NCBI GenBank assembly: GCA_043765155.1
Contig: JAYUJP010000022.1
Span: 5,077 to 69,076, forward strand
From: a bacterium
Lineage (GTDB): Bacteria; Patescibacteriota; Minisyncoccia; Phycocordibacterales; UBA5272
Reading direction: 5' to 3'
DNA: 64,000 bases
Shown here: positions 1 to 8,498 of the stretch, in pieces
How positions within the stretch are numbered: position 1 is the stretch's first letter
Layout: the number at the start of each line of letters is the position of its first letter
Made by a program: the position numbers and the translations under genes
The notes under the pieces: generated by a model
Databases searched by the model: none
What the model was told of the DNA's origin: nothing
Seen by the model: only the letters and a program-made list of their open reading frames with translations

Positions 1-1
1 G

Positions 2-250
2 CAAGGAATTATAGATAAAATTTGCTACACAGAACTTGTTTATCAAAGAATAAATAAGAAACTGAAAATAGAACTTTCAAAAGAGAGCATTGAAAAATTT
101 GTTCTTGCTATTCTCAAAGAAACTGACGAGTTAAATTACATAAAAATAGGTAAAAATATTTATATAACAAATAACGAAAAAAATATTAAGCTTACAATTA
201 ATTTCTACACAAATAGAATAATAACAGCCGACAAGTTAAACAAAAAATAA
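2..250 (+). CDS. 3' end of a gene that starts upstream of the window (hypothetical, C-terminal ~82 aa)
   Basis: An open frame runs from the window edge to TAA at 248-250 (...NFYTNRIITADKLNKK*). No recognisable motif. Confidence 0.3.
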   Translation, partial: QGIIDKICYTELVYQRINKKLKIELSKESIEKFVLAILKETDELNYIKIGKNIYITNNEKNIKLTINFYTNRIITADKLNKK

Positions 251-293
251 TATAATTAACGATATTAAAAAAGTTGCTAATATGACATTTTCA

Positions 294-1796
294 TTACCTC
301 AGCTCATCAATAACCTGATCCAGATCTTTGTGGCGCTCTTGTATAGTTTTATTTTTGATAAGCCAAAAGACTTTTGACTCTAGGCCCGCTATGAACTCAT
401 GGTCATGAGTAACTAGTAATATAGTACTGCTGGACTCATTACACGCATTGAGCAGTATCTGCCAAGTGACCTCATCTAGATTATTGGTCGGCTCATCAAG
501 TATTATAAAGTCAGGATTACCTCCAAATACCAATGCGAAACGTAAACGCATCCTCTCTCCTCCTGATAATTCGCCAACTTTTGTTTTCATTTTCTCTGGG
601 GTGAATTTCATCGCACCTAGGACTATCCTTGCTTTATTTTCATCACATATTAATGCCTCAGATATTATTTGCATAGCTTCCTTTTTAACATCAAATTCTG
701 CATGCTGGTCAAAGTAACTAGTCTTGAGATTGTCAGCCCATACTACCGAGCCAGAGGCGAGCTTGAGATTGCCAGTTATAGAGTTGAGAAAGGTAGATTT
801 GCCCGAGCCATTTCTGCCGAGCAGTACGATGTGACTACCGGTACGCATGTCTAGGGTTATGTCTTTGAATATTTCTTTGTTTTCATATGAGAAGCAGGCT
901 TTGTCTATTCTGCATAGCAGCTTACCATTGTGCAGGTCGCTACTACTACCGACTAATTTTATTTTTGTACGAGTATCATCAGCACGTGGATTAGCTTTTT
1001 GATATTCCTTCATTTCTTTTAACTCTTCTTTGCGTTTGAGGTATGAGGCTACGTCTTTACCGCGAAGGGCTTTCTGAGCTAGCATCGGCACCAGTAGCTC
1101 GAGCTGCTTGATACGTTTTGAGTCCGAGTCAAAGTTACGCTGTAGCCCGGCTATTCTAGAGAGTCTAGAATCTATATAGTCCTGATACGCCCCCTCTGAG
1201 ATAAAAACTTTTTTATCAGCAACCTCAGCTACCTTTGTGGCGACCGCGTCAATTATCATCCTGTCATGTGAGACAAATAGTACTCCGCCTCTATAATTTT
1301 GCAACACTTTTATAAGTTCCATACGACTCACAATATCAAGATGATTTTCAGGCTCATCTAAAAGTAAAAAGTCTGGCGTCATAGATATACCAACACTAAG
1401 AGCTAGGACTTTCTGCTGACCTCCTGACAGGCTAATGCACTGCGTAGTTAAAACCTTTTCAAGATCAAAGCCAAGCTGTACGCTGATAGAAAATAATTTT
1501 TTGAGCACAGATACTGATGCGTACTTCTTTATAAATTCCTCGACACTTGTATTTAGATCAGCTTTTGGGAATTCTTGGGGTACATAATAGCGTCTGCTGT
1601 GCGAGTCCATAACTACGCTACCTTCGTCTTGCTCTATCTCGCCTACAATTATTTTGAGTAGAGTGGACTTGCCAGTACCATTATCACCCACGATACATAC
1701 GCGATCATCACTGGTAAATTTAAATGACACTTCGTCCAGTAAAAGCTTTTCAATAAATGAGTGAGTTATATTTTTGAGGGATATTGTTTTGGTCAT
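294..1796 (-). CDS. ABC-F family ATPase (two tandem ABC nucleotide-binding domains, EttA/Uup-like)
   Basis: Two Walker A motifs (GDNGTGKST, GRNGSGKST) and two signature/Walker B pairs (LSGGQQ..LLLDEPENHLD; LSGGERMRL..ILDEPTNNLD), with no TM segments. The start is trimmed to MTKTISL because the longer ORF would read into the tRNA-Gln. Confidence 0.85.
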   Translation of the reverse strand: MTKTISLKNITHSFIEKLLLDEVSFKFTSDDRVCIVGDNGTGKSTLLKIIVGEIEQDEGSVVMDSHSRRYYVPQEFPKADLNTSVEEFIKKYASVSVLKKLFSISVQLGFDLEKVLTTQCISLSGGQQKVLALSVGISMTPDFLLLDEPENHLDIVSRMELIKVLQNYRGGVLFVSHDRMIIDAVATKVAEVADKKVFISEGAYQDYIDSRLSRIAGLQRNFDSDSKRIKQLELLVPMLAQKALRGKDVASYLKRKEELKEMKEYQKANPRADDTRTKIKLVGSSSDLHNGKLLCRIDKACFSYENKEIFKDITLDMRTGSHIVLLGRNGSGKSTFLNSITGNLKLASGSVVWADNLKTSYFDQHAEFDVKKEAMQIISEALICDENKARIVLGAMKFTPEKMKTKVGELSGGERMRLRFALVFGGNPDFIILDEPTNNLDEVTWQILLNACNESSSTILLVTHDHEFIAGLESKVFWLIKNKTIQERHKDLDQVIDELR

Positions 1797-1810
1797 AACT
1801 CTTGTACGTG

Positions 1811-1881
1811 CTGGCGGAATAAGAATCGAACTTATATTCACAGCTTCAAAGGCTGCTGTCCTACCATTAGACGATCCGCCA
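1811..1881 (-). tRNA. tRNA-Gln (anticodon UUG)
   Basis: The reverse complement folds as a cloverleaf. It has a 7-bp acceptor stem (TGGCGGA/TCCGCCA) with the U1:A72 pair typical of tRNA-Gln, anticodon stem GCAGC/GCTGT with loop CTTTGAA, and a T arm ATAAG-TTCGATT-CTTAT. No CCA is encoded. Confidence 0.8.
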
Positions 1882-2136
1882 AGATCTAAATTACTCTCTA
1901 AAATTATTAACTAACCCTAATAGATAAGTAATTTATTTTTAATTATAAATTATATATTTAAATAATTTTTAGGAAATATTTTTACTATTATATCACAAAA
2001 ACCAAGCTTATACAAAGTAACATTTATAACTTTTTGACAACAACACGAGTATGGAAAAGATAAATATTGTGTTTTATTTTTGAGAGGAGTATACTTAAGT
2101 TATTAAAAATTACTTCATTAAAATAAATAGAAATAC

Positions 2137-2310
2137 ATGAATATCAAATCTTTTTTCGGTGTAAAAAGTCCAACTAATGATTCTAATAATTTAGAAAAAT
2201 TAAATACAGTTGAATTGTCCTCTAACCAAGAATTAAGAATGCGCGAGCCGCTCTCTAGTCAAGAGATAAAGCTAGCAGCCACAAACGTGTCAGGATTATT
2301 TTCTTACTAG
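2137..2310 (+). CDS. Possible small ORF (57 aa, MNIKSFFGVKSPTNDSNN...)
   Basis: ATG..TAG open frame in an otherwise empty 500-nt gap. No RBS or known motif; it is below the 60-aa cut-off of the ORF track. Confidence 0.2.
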   Translation: MNIKSFFGVKSPTNDSNNLEKLNTVELSSNQELRMREPLSSQEIKLAATNVSGLFSY

Positions 2311-2340
2311 TTGACAAAATAAGAAAAATAAGTTAGTATA
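2311..2340 (+). promoter_or_regulatory. sigma70-like promoter (TTGACA-N17-TAGTAT)
   Basis: ttgacaaaataagaaaaataagttagtat lies about 30 nt upstream of the 2369 ORF. Confidence 0.4.
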
Positions 2341-2368
2341 TATTTAATATTTAAATTTTATTTAATTT

Positions 2369-2662
2369 ATGAACAAAGTAATAGCCCCAATTAAAAGTCT
2401 CTTGAGAGAAGCAGAAATGACCTATGACGAGGTTAGGGCATTTGAGATAGGTATAAGTAGTATAAGCACTGACAGTCAGGTTGAGCTATATAGATATTTC
2501 AATTATGATCGTAATCTGATATATCCTACCTTTGTTAACTATATGGCCAAAAAGAGAGCAAAAGAAACTGGCATGGGCTGGGATGAGGCGGTAGAGGCTG
2601 AGATAAAATTTTTAGAATCTTATACAGATGGCAAAAGAGTTGGTGACGAGGTAAAGATGTAA
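2369..2662 (+). CDS. Hypothetical protein (97 aa)
   Basis: Intact ORF preceded by the promoter-like element. No recognisable domain. Confidence 0.5.
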   Translation: MNKVIAPIKSLLREAEMTYDEVRAFEIGISSISTDSQVELYRYFNYDRNLIYPTFVNYMAKKRAKETGMGWDEAVEAEIKFLESYTDGKRVGDEVKM

Positions 2663-2723
2663 AGTGTTATTTTAGACAGAAAGTTTCTAAAATAAAAATC
2701 CCGTGAGGAATTTTTATTTTTTA

Positions 2724-2732
2724 TGCTATAAT
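2724..2732 (+). promoter_or_regulatory. Extended -10 promoter element TGCTATAAT
   Basis: Motif lies 24 nt upstream of the ATG at 2756. Confidence 0.45.
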
Positions 2733-2755
2733 TATTTGTATAATAAAATAAGCAC

Positions 2756-3433
2756 ATGACACATAATAAAAATAAGTTAGAAAATATTTTCTCTTTTAAA
2801 AACATAGTAATAGGATTAGTTTTGATCTTAATTGCCTTTTTTGCATTTTCAAAATATTCACAAATACAAAAAGATTCACAGCCTGTAGCAATAAAAGTTA
2901 CAAATACTGATCATACTATAGGTAGAGCAGATGCAAAAGTTAGCGTGATAGAATTTGCCGACTTACAATGTCCAGCTTGTAAGGCATTTGATCCGATAGT
3001 TACGCAGGTCATAGCTGACTATATAGCCAAAAATGCTAGTGTAAAGTTTACCTTTAAACATTTTCCGTTAACTGCTATACATCAAAATACATTACTAGCA
3101 GCAGTAGGATCTGAGGCAGCTGCAAAGCAGGGTAAATTCTGGGAATATAAAAAAGTAGTATATGAGAAGCAGGAGGACTGGGCCTCATCACTTGATGCAA
3201 AAGATAAGATAAAGTCATACTTATCTGCTGTGGGTATAGACACTACAAAGTGGGAGAAAGATCTATCAGATGCATCTCTGGAGGATAAAGTTCTCAGCGA
3301 CTTAAAAGAGGCTACAAGTATTAGCTTGTCAGGTACGCCAAGCTTTATAATTAACGGTGTAAAAGTCGATGCTTCTAAGTTATCTAGTCCAGAAAAAATG
3401 AAAGCATATATTGATGCAGAGTTAGCAAAGTAG
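2756..3433 (+). CDS. DsbA-like thioredoxin-fold thiol:disulfide oxidoreductase, membrane-anchored
   Basis: N-terminal TM helix, then a CxxC active site (DLQCPACKAFDP) in a DsbA/thioredoxin-like context. Confidence 0.8.
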   Translation: MTHNKNKLENIFSFKNIVIGLVLILIAFFAFSKYSQIQKDSQPVAIKVTNTDHTIGRADAKVSVIEFADLQCPACKAFDPIVTQVIADYIAKNASVKFTFKHFPLTAIHQNTLLAAVGSEAAAKQGKFWEYKKVVYEKQEDWASSLDAKDKIKSYLSAVGIDTTKWEKDLSDASLEDKVLSDLKEATSISLSGTPSFIINGVKVDASKLSSPEKMKAYIDAELAK

Positions 3434-3475
3434 GACTCTAAATATTAGATATTAAAAAATATAAAATAATAAAAT

Positions 3476-3509
3476 ACAGGCGCCCACGTAGCGGGCGCCT
3501 GTATTTTAT
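3476..3509 (+). terminator. Rho-independent terminator
   Basis: ACAGGCGCCC-loop-GGGCGCCTGT perfect 10-bp GC stem followed by ATTTTAT. Confidence 0.8.
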
Positions 3510-3519
3510 ATGACTTTTG

Positions 3520-3528
3520 TGTTATAAT
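3520..3528 (+). promoter_or_regulatory. Extended -10 promoter TGTTATAAT
   Basis: Motif lies 35 nt upstream of the lepA ATG. Confidence 0.45.
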
Positions 3529-3562
3529 ACTAACAAATAAAACCTCATTCTCATCAATTTAT

Positions 3563-5389
3563 ATGGACCGCATCAGAAATTTCTCAATCATAGCCCATAT
3601 TGATCACGGTAAGTCCACACTTGCTGATAGGTTACTTGAGGTGACAGGGACCATCGACAAGCGTAACATGCAGGATCAGGTACTAGATAGCATGGAGCTA
3701 GAGAGGGAAAGAGGTATCACCATTAAGATGACTCCAGTTAGGCTAGACTATACTAATAAAAAGGGAGAAAAATATATTTATAATCTTATCGACACTCCGG
3801 GGCATATAGACTTTTCATATGAGGTATCGCGCTCACTGCGCGCTGTGGAGGGGGCGCTATTGCTAGTCGACTGTACTCAGGGTGTGCAGGCGCAGACTAT
3901 GACGGTGCTAGAGATGGCGCGTGAGGTAGGACTAACTATTATCCCAGTACTAAATAAAATAGATTCGCCACTTGCCAATATAACTGAGACCGAAGATGAG
4001 ATTATCAAGCTCTTAAAATGCGAACGTGCTGATATTATGCGTGTAAGCGGTAAGACTGGCGAGGGAGTCGCTAGCCTTCTTGAGGTTATAGCAGACAGGG
4101 TACCTGCTCCAAAAGAAGGAGGAGCTACTTCTCCTGAAAAAAATGAAAACAAAAACATAGCGAGCTCAGCTATTTCTAATAGGGGACTTATTTTCGACTT
4201 TGAATACTCTAATCATCAAGGAGTAATTATATATTTGCGTGTACTAGACGGGTCTATTAAAAAGGGTGACGAGTTAAAATTTATAGCTAGTGATTATAAT
4301 TTTGTAGTCCGCGAAGTAGGAACTTTTAAGCCTAAAAAAGTAGAATGTGACAAAATAAGTGAGGGTGAGGTGGGATACATTGTGACTGGTATTAAGGAGC
4401 CAGGAGTCGCACGCGTCGGAGATACTGTGACTATGAGGTCACGCCCTATGGAGGCATTTCCAGGTTATGCATCACCGCGCCCACTTGTGTTCGCATCTGT
4501 GTATCCAGAGTATCAAGAATATTTTGACGACCTACGCCGCGCTCTAGATCGCTTGCGTTTATCTGACTCGTCATTAACTTATGAAGAGGAGCAGTCAGGA
4601 GCTCTTGGTCGCGGATTTAGATGCGGATTCTTGGGAATGCTTCACATGGAAATAATTACAGAGAGATTAAGAAGAGAATTTGATTTAGAGCTGATAGTAA
4701 CTAGTCCGTCTATTACATATGAAGTCACCACGCGTGATGGTGTAACTGAAAAAGTGTATACTCCTATACATTTCCCAGATTTCGGTGAGGTTACAAAAGT
4801 CCGCGAGCCGTGGATACTCACTACCATTATAACCCCTCATGATTATGTCTCAAATATTATGGAGCTATGTCATGAGTATGAAGCGAGTGTATTTGAAATG
4901 GAGGACTGGGGTGATAATAGGGTCAAGATTATTTTGGATATGCCGCTGCGTGAGCTGATGCGTAATTTCTTTGATACTATAAAGTCAGCAAGTAGTGGTT
5001 ACGCCAGTGTCGCCTATGAGGGTAATGACATGCGCGACGCGCAGGTGACTCGTATGGATATATACATAGCCGAGGAGCGCGTAGCCGCATTTTCAAGAGT
5101 AATACCAGAACACAGGGTAGACAAAGACTGTGACGAGGCAGTAGAAAAACTTTTTAAAATACTTCCTAGTGAGTGGTTTAGAGTAAAAATCCAAGCCTAT
5201 GTAAAAGGGAGAATAATCGCAAGCCGTAGTAAGTCTGCGCTAAGTAAAGACGTAACTGGTCACCTGTACGGAGGAGACATTACCCGTAAAATGAAGCTAC
5301 GTGAGAAGCAAAAAGAAGGTAAAAAGCGTATGCAGGCTGAGGGTAAAGTTCATATTAGTCACGATACTTTTCTCAAGATGATGAGGTAA
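3563..5389 (+). CDS. lepA: Elongation factor 4 (LepA)
   Basis: MDRIRNFSIIAHIDHGKSTLADRLL, DTPGH and NKID GTPase motifs, plus the LepA-specific C-terminal domain. It carries a ~40-aa low-complexity insertion (PAPKEGGATSPEKNENKNIASSAISN). Confidence 0.95.
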   Translation: MDRIRNFSIIAHIDHGKSTLADRLLEVTGTIDKRNMQDQVLDSMELERERGITIKMTPVRLDYTNKKGEKYIYNLIDTPGHIDFSYEVSRSLRAVEGALLLVDCTQGVQAQTMTVLEMAREVGLTIIPVLNKIDSPLANITETEDEIIKLLKCERADIMRVSGKTGEGVASLLEVIADRVPAPKEGGATSPEKNENKNIASSAISNRGLIFDFEYSNHQGVIIYLRVLDGSIKKGDELKFIASDYNFVVREVGTFKPKKVECDKISEGEVGYIVTGIKEPGVARVGDTVTMRSRPMEAFPGYASPRPLVFASVYPEYQEYFDDLRRALDRLRLSDSSLTYEEEQSGALGRGFRCGFLGMLHMEIITERLRREFDLELIVTSPSITYEVTTRDGVTEKVYTPIHFPDFGEVTKVREPWILTTIITPHDYVSNIMELCHEYEASVFEMEDWGDNRVKIILDMPLRELMRNFFDTIKSASSGYASVAYEGNDMRDAQVTRMDIYIAEERVAAFSRVIPEHRVDKDCDEAVEKLFKILPSEWFRVKIQAYVKGRIIASRSKSALSKDVTGHLYGGDITRKMKLREKQKEGKKRMQAEGKVHISHDTFLKMMR

Positions 5390-5439
5390 AAAGATAGAGG
5401 GTACTATAAAAGTAAGTTCAATAAGTAGACTTTGCATAT

Positions 5440-5603
5440 TTTTACTTTTTATGTTATTATGTGTGCATACACCAAAGAAGTAGGTGCAAAAATCTTTTAG
5501 AAATTTGCGTAAACCCTGCGGAGGAGTATCAAAAGCAGTAATGCTATTTGGTATAAATCTAACAATCTTAAAAAGACTCTGGTGTAAGAGTCTTTTTATT
5601 TTA
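5440..5603 (+). promoter_or_regulatory. Putative rplJ (L10) leader / attenuator region
   Basis: A 230-nt untranslated gap before rplJ with higher GC than neighbouring spacers. It has a terminator-like hairpin AAAAGACTCT-GGTGTAA-AGAGTCTTTT plus T-run at 5571-5603, immediately before the rplJ start. Bacterial L10 leaders are known autoregulatory elements. Confidence 0.35.
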
Positions 5604-5622
5604 TCAAGCACATTAAACAAAT

Positions 5623-6111
5623 ATGGCATTAACAAAAGCAAAAAAAGTAGAGCTTATTGATGTTTACAGTGAGTCATTAAAGAACGCGCAGTCAGCTGTG
5701 TATGTATCTTTTAAGGGTCTCGGTGTAGCCAAGCAAGAGCAACTACGCAAAAAATTATTTGCTGAGAAAATGAATTATACAGTGGTAAAGAAATCACTCT
5801 GGAGTATCGCAGCAAAAGCTGCTGATATAAAAGGTGAGGCGCCAGCTGTAACGTCTGAGATGGCTGTACTGTGGGGTAATGACTTACTCGCACCAGCACG
5901 TATCGCAAATGAATTCGCAAAAGCAAATAAAAAAGCTATCGCTATACTAGGAGGAATTTTTGAAGGATCTTATAAAGATGCTGCAGAGATGATGACAATT
6001 GCAACTATCCCATCAAGAGAAGTTCTATTGTCACAGATCGCGTACTTGCTTAAGAGTCCAGTTCAGAGACTTGCTATTGGTATTGACGCTGTAGCACAGA
6101 AGAAAGCATAG
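5623..6111 (+). CDS. rplJ: 50S ribosomal protein L10
   Basis: MALTKAKKVELIDVY...VSFKGLGVAKQEQLRKKL matches the L10 N-terminus. It is followed by rplL. Confidence 0.9.
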   Translation: MALTKAKKVELIDVYSESLKNAQSAVYVSFKGLGVAKQEQLRKKLFAEKMNYTVVKKSLWSIAAKAADIKGEAPAVTSEMAVLWGNDLLAPARIANEFAKANKKAIAILGGIFEGSYKDAAEMMTIATIPSREVLLSQIAYLLKSPVQRLAIGIDAVAQKKA

Positions 6112-6149
6112 GCTTATTCTAAAAAATTAACAAAAAATAAATATATTAT

Positions 6150-6515
6150 ATGGAAAAATACGCAGACATGTTAAATAAAATCGAGTCTATGTCAGTACTC
6201 GAGCTTAACGAATTAGTAAAAGCAATCGAAGAAAAATTCGGAGTATCAGCAGCGGCTGTATCAGCAGCACCAGCTGCAGGAGCAGCAGTAGAATCTGAGG
6301 CAAAATCAGAGTACACTGTACACCTTGTATCAGCAGGAGAGAGTAAAATCCCTGTGATGAAGGTTGTAAAAGAAGCTCTAGGTCTTGGACTTAAGGAGGC
6401 TAAGGATCTAGTTGACGGAGCTCCTGTTGATCTAAAAACAGGTGTTAAAAAAGCAGATGCAGAAGCTATGAAAAAAGCTCTTGAGGAAGCAGGTGCAAAA
6501 GTAGAACTAAAGTAA
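6150..6515 (+). CDS. rplL: 50S ribosomal protein L7/L12
   Basis: N-terminal dimerisation helix, Ala-rich hinge ([14 protein letters not shown]) and C-terminal domain ([27 protein letters not shown]...[14 protein letters not shown]). Confidence 0.95.
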   Translation: MEKYADMLNKIESMSVLELNELVKAIEEKFGVSAAAVSAAPAAGAAVESEAKSEYTVHLVSAGESKIPVMKVVKEALGLGLKEAKDLVDGAPVDLKTGVKKADAEAMKKALEEAGAKVELK

Positions 6516-6540
6516 TTTAGTATACTTATCACAAAATACA

Positions 6541-6570
6541 AAAGCGCCGCCCTACGGGCGGCGCTTTTAT
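6541..6570 (+). terminator. Rho-independent terminator
   Basis: AAGCGCCGCCC-TAC-GGGCGGCGCTT plus TTTTAT. Confidence 0.8.
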
Positions 6571-6571
6571 A

Positions 6572-6580
6572 TGCTATAAT
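6572..6580 (+). promoter_or_regulatory. Extended -10 promoter TGCTATAAT
   Basis: Motif lies 27 nt upstream of the 6608 ORF. Confidence 0.4.
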
Positions 6581-6607
6581 ATATTTAAGTTAATTTATAC
6601 ATAATAT

Positions 6608-7156
6608 ATGATGAGCTCAATCAAAGGCGCGCTAGGTATACTTTTAAAGTGGGGACTAATTGCTATCGCTCTTGTGATAGCTTTTAAACTTGTTACGACT
6701 TTTGTACCAGCCCTTTCTCAAGATAGCATAAAAGAAAAACTAAATAATAATTCTAATTCTATAAATAGTGCTGAGTCGCCAAAAAAAGACTTTATGACTT
6801 CACTTCGGGAATTCCTTACTCCTAATTTTAATAATGCAGCGACTACCACCTGTATAAAGTCTAAGAATAGTACAGTCGTAAATAATTCTAAATACAAAGC
6901 CATACAGGCACCCACTTTAGATTATTATATAAAAAGAGATACAAATATAAAATATTACAACAATGGTAATAGTGTTAGTTATGATAGTGATGTGTACGGA
7001 GCTGGTGATAATAGTAATACCTGGGGGCAAGTAGGTACAGATTGGAATGCGTCTAGTACAGACTGGGGAGCCGTAGAGACGGATTGGAATAAAAAGCAAA
7101 CTAATTGGGACCAAGGTCAGACTGACTGGGGTATAACCAAAACTGACTGCAATTAA
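6608..7156 (+). CDS. Membrane-anchored hypothetical protein with Asn-rich region and C-terminal TDW heptad repeats
   Basis: N-terminal TM (LGILLKWGLIAIALVIAF), then an Asn/Ser-rich linker, then six or more repeats of the form TDW/TNW + 4 aa (GTDWNAS STDWGAV ETDWNKK QTNWDQG QTDWGIT KTD). Confidence 0.6.
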   Translation: MMSSIKGALGILLKWGLIAIALVIAFKLVTTFVPALSQDSIKEKLNNNSNSINSAESPKKDFMTSLREFLTPNFNNAATTTCIKSKNSTVVNNSKYKAIQAPTLDYYIKRDTNIKYYNNGNSVSYDSDVYGAGDNSNTWGQVGTDWNASSTDWGAVETDWNKKQTNWDQGQTDWGITKTDCN

Positions 7157-7198
7157 GAATAGAATATAAATATTATAAACAAAAAATATAAATAAAAT

Positions 7199-7228
7199 AA
7201 GCGCGAACCTTCGGTTCGCGCTTTTAAA
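7199..7228. terminator. Bidirectional rho-independent terminator
   Basis: GCGCGAACC-TTC-GGTTCGCGC with an A-run upstream and a T-run downstream. It sits between convergent genes. Confidence 0.75.
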
Positions 7229-7230
7229 CT

Positions 7231-7407
7231 TTACAGTTGCTCTACATCAGGCTTTTCTCCAGAAGCGAGCTGCTTCTGATCTAAACCTCCAGACTGAGAT
7301 TGTTTAAGTTTTGGCGTTACAACTGCAGAAGTTTTTTTTGCAGGGTCTTCTTTTTTCTCTGGAAGACCATAATCACGAGGCCGTAATGCCTCAGCTACTC
7401 TACCCAT
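7231..7407 (-). CDS. Small hypothetical protein (58 aa, MGRVAEALRPRDYGLPEKKEDPAKK...)
   Basis: ATG preceded by the strong RBS AAGGAGAG, co-directional with and immediately downstream of the yqeY-like gene, and ending at the terminator. It is below the ORF-track cut-off. Confidence 0.4.
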   Translation of the reverse strand: MGRVAEALRPRDYGLPEKKEDPAKKTSAVVTPKLKQSQSGGLDQKQLASGEKPDVEQL

Positions 7408-7453
7408 GACTCTCTCCTTAAAAGTGTAAGTTACTAACTGTTGTAGTATATAA

Positions 7454-7933
7454 CTATTTTAATAAGTTGTCAACTACTTCCTTTATGTCTTTGCCATCTG
7501 CATTTGCTGATAAGGCTTTGATTATTCCTCCTGTTATTTGACCCTTTTTACTCATGTCTAATTCTCCGCCGTTAAAAGCTTTTATTTTCTCTATTTCTGC
7601 CTCTACAGCCTTAGTTAATTCCTCGCGTGACATTTGGGCAGGGAGAAGAGTTTCGAGTATTGCGAGCTCAGCTTTTTCATCTGAGGCTAAGTCTTCTCGA
7701 CCACCAGCTACAAATTGCTCGATACTGTCTTTTCTTTGCTTGACCAATTTCTTGACCACCTTTAGGCACTCTTCATCGCTTAGCATTTCTGTTGGAGCCT
7801 TGCCGCTAGCTATTCTTTGCTCTGACACCATCTCAGTAGTTAATGCTGCTGAGATACCGCGCATTACTCCTAATCTTACACTGTCTTTTGCTATCATCGC
7901 TGCCTTCATTTCTTGTTTTATTTTGTCTTGCAT
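7454..7933 (-). CDS. GatB/YqeY-domain protein
   Basis: Full-length similarity to the YqeY family (MQDKIKQEMKAAM...DMSKKGQITGGIIKAL...KEVVDNLL). Confidence 0.8.
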   Translation of the reverse strand: MQDKIKQEMKAAMIAKDSVRLGVMRGISAALTTEMVSEQRIASGKAPTEMLSDEECLKVVKKLVKQRKDSIEQFVAGGREDLASDEKAELAILETLLPAQMSREELTKAVEAEIEKIKAFNGGELDMSKKGQITGGIIKALSANADGKDIKEVVDNLLK

Positions 7934-8036
7934 ATATTTGATTTAGTAGAATCACCTACTGGGTATTTATTACTATTTTTTTATTATTTTGTATTTACTA
8001 TTATAATTTTTAATTATGTTTTTTGTTTTCTATAAA

Positions 8037-8426
8037 TTATTTTATTTTGACATAATAATCCTTATTGCCATATATGCTGTATTCATTTTCTGATAATTTA
8101 TCAGCATACACTTCTGCGTCTCTGCCTATTTTCTTTTCTATATCTCCTATATCTTCTGCACCTATTAGCTTACCAATTTCTTTAGGTCCCATTGATCTGC
8201 CGCCAGTGACTAGTATAACTTTTTTACCGGATATTGTGACGCTACATGTAGCATCAACAAAACATCCAGTATCAACAGCTTCTACTTTTCCTGTGAATCT
8301 TTTCACGTCTTTTATTTCTACTACTTGTGCCACTTTTTGAGTCGAGCTATATATCATAAATGCTATTACTAACATTGCCGACACGGCAATTATTTTTATT
8401 ATATTTTTTGTTTGTATTTTTTTCAT
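8037..8426 (-). CDS. Secreted/membrane-anchored hypothetical protein (129 aa)
   Basis: N-terminal hydrophobic anchor (IIKIIAVSAMLVIAFMIY), two Cys, Gly/Lys-rich. Confidence 0.55.
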   Translation of the reverse strand: MKKIQTKNIIKIIAVSAMLVIAFMIYSSTQKVAQVVEIKDVKRFTGKVEAVDTGCFVDATCSVTISGKKVILVTGGRSMGPKEIGKLIGAEDIGDIEKKIGRDAEVYADKLSENEYSIYGNKDYYVKIK

Positions 8427-8476
8427 ATGCTTTTTATATAGACTTATTATACTATATATTTAATATTTATGATATA

Positions 8477-8485
8477 TGTTATAAT
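8477..8485 (+). promoter_or_regulatory. Extended -10 promoter TGTTATAAT
   Basis: Motif lies 13 nt upstream of the ATG at 8499, giving a near-leaderless transcript. Confidence 0.4.
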
Positions 8486-8498
8486 ACACAAATAAATT

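Noticed and set aside
3877-4827. Antisense ORFs inside lepA (3877-4158, 4642-4827)
   Set aside because: They lie fully within a well-supported conserved gene on the opposite strand and have no motifs.
5297-5641. 114-aa minus-strand ORF spanning the rplJ leader
   Set aside because: It overlaps the lepA 3' end and the structured leader. It is hydrophobic low-complexity and has no start context.
6146-6541. 131-aa minus-strand ORF opposite rplL
   Set aside because: It is antisense to a highly conserved ribosomal protein gene. Its Ala/Ser-rich product is the mirror of the L7/L12 hinge.
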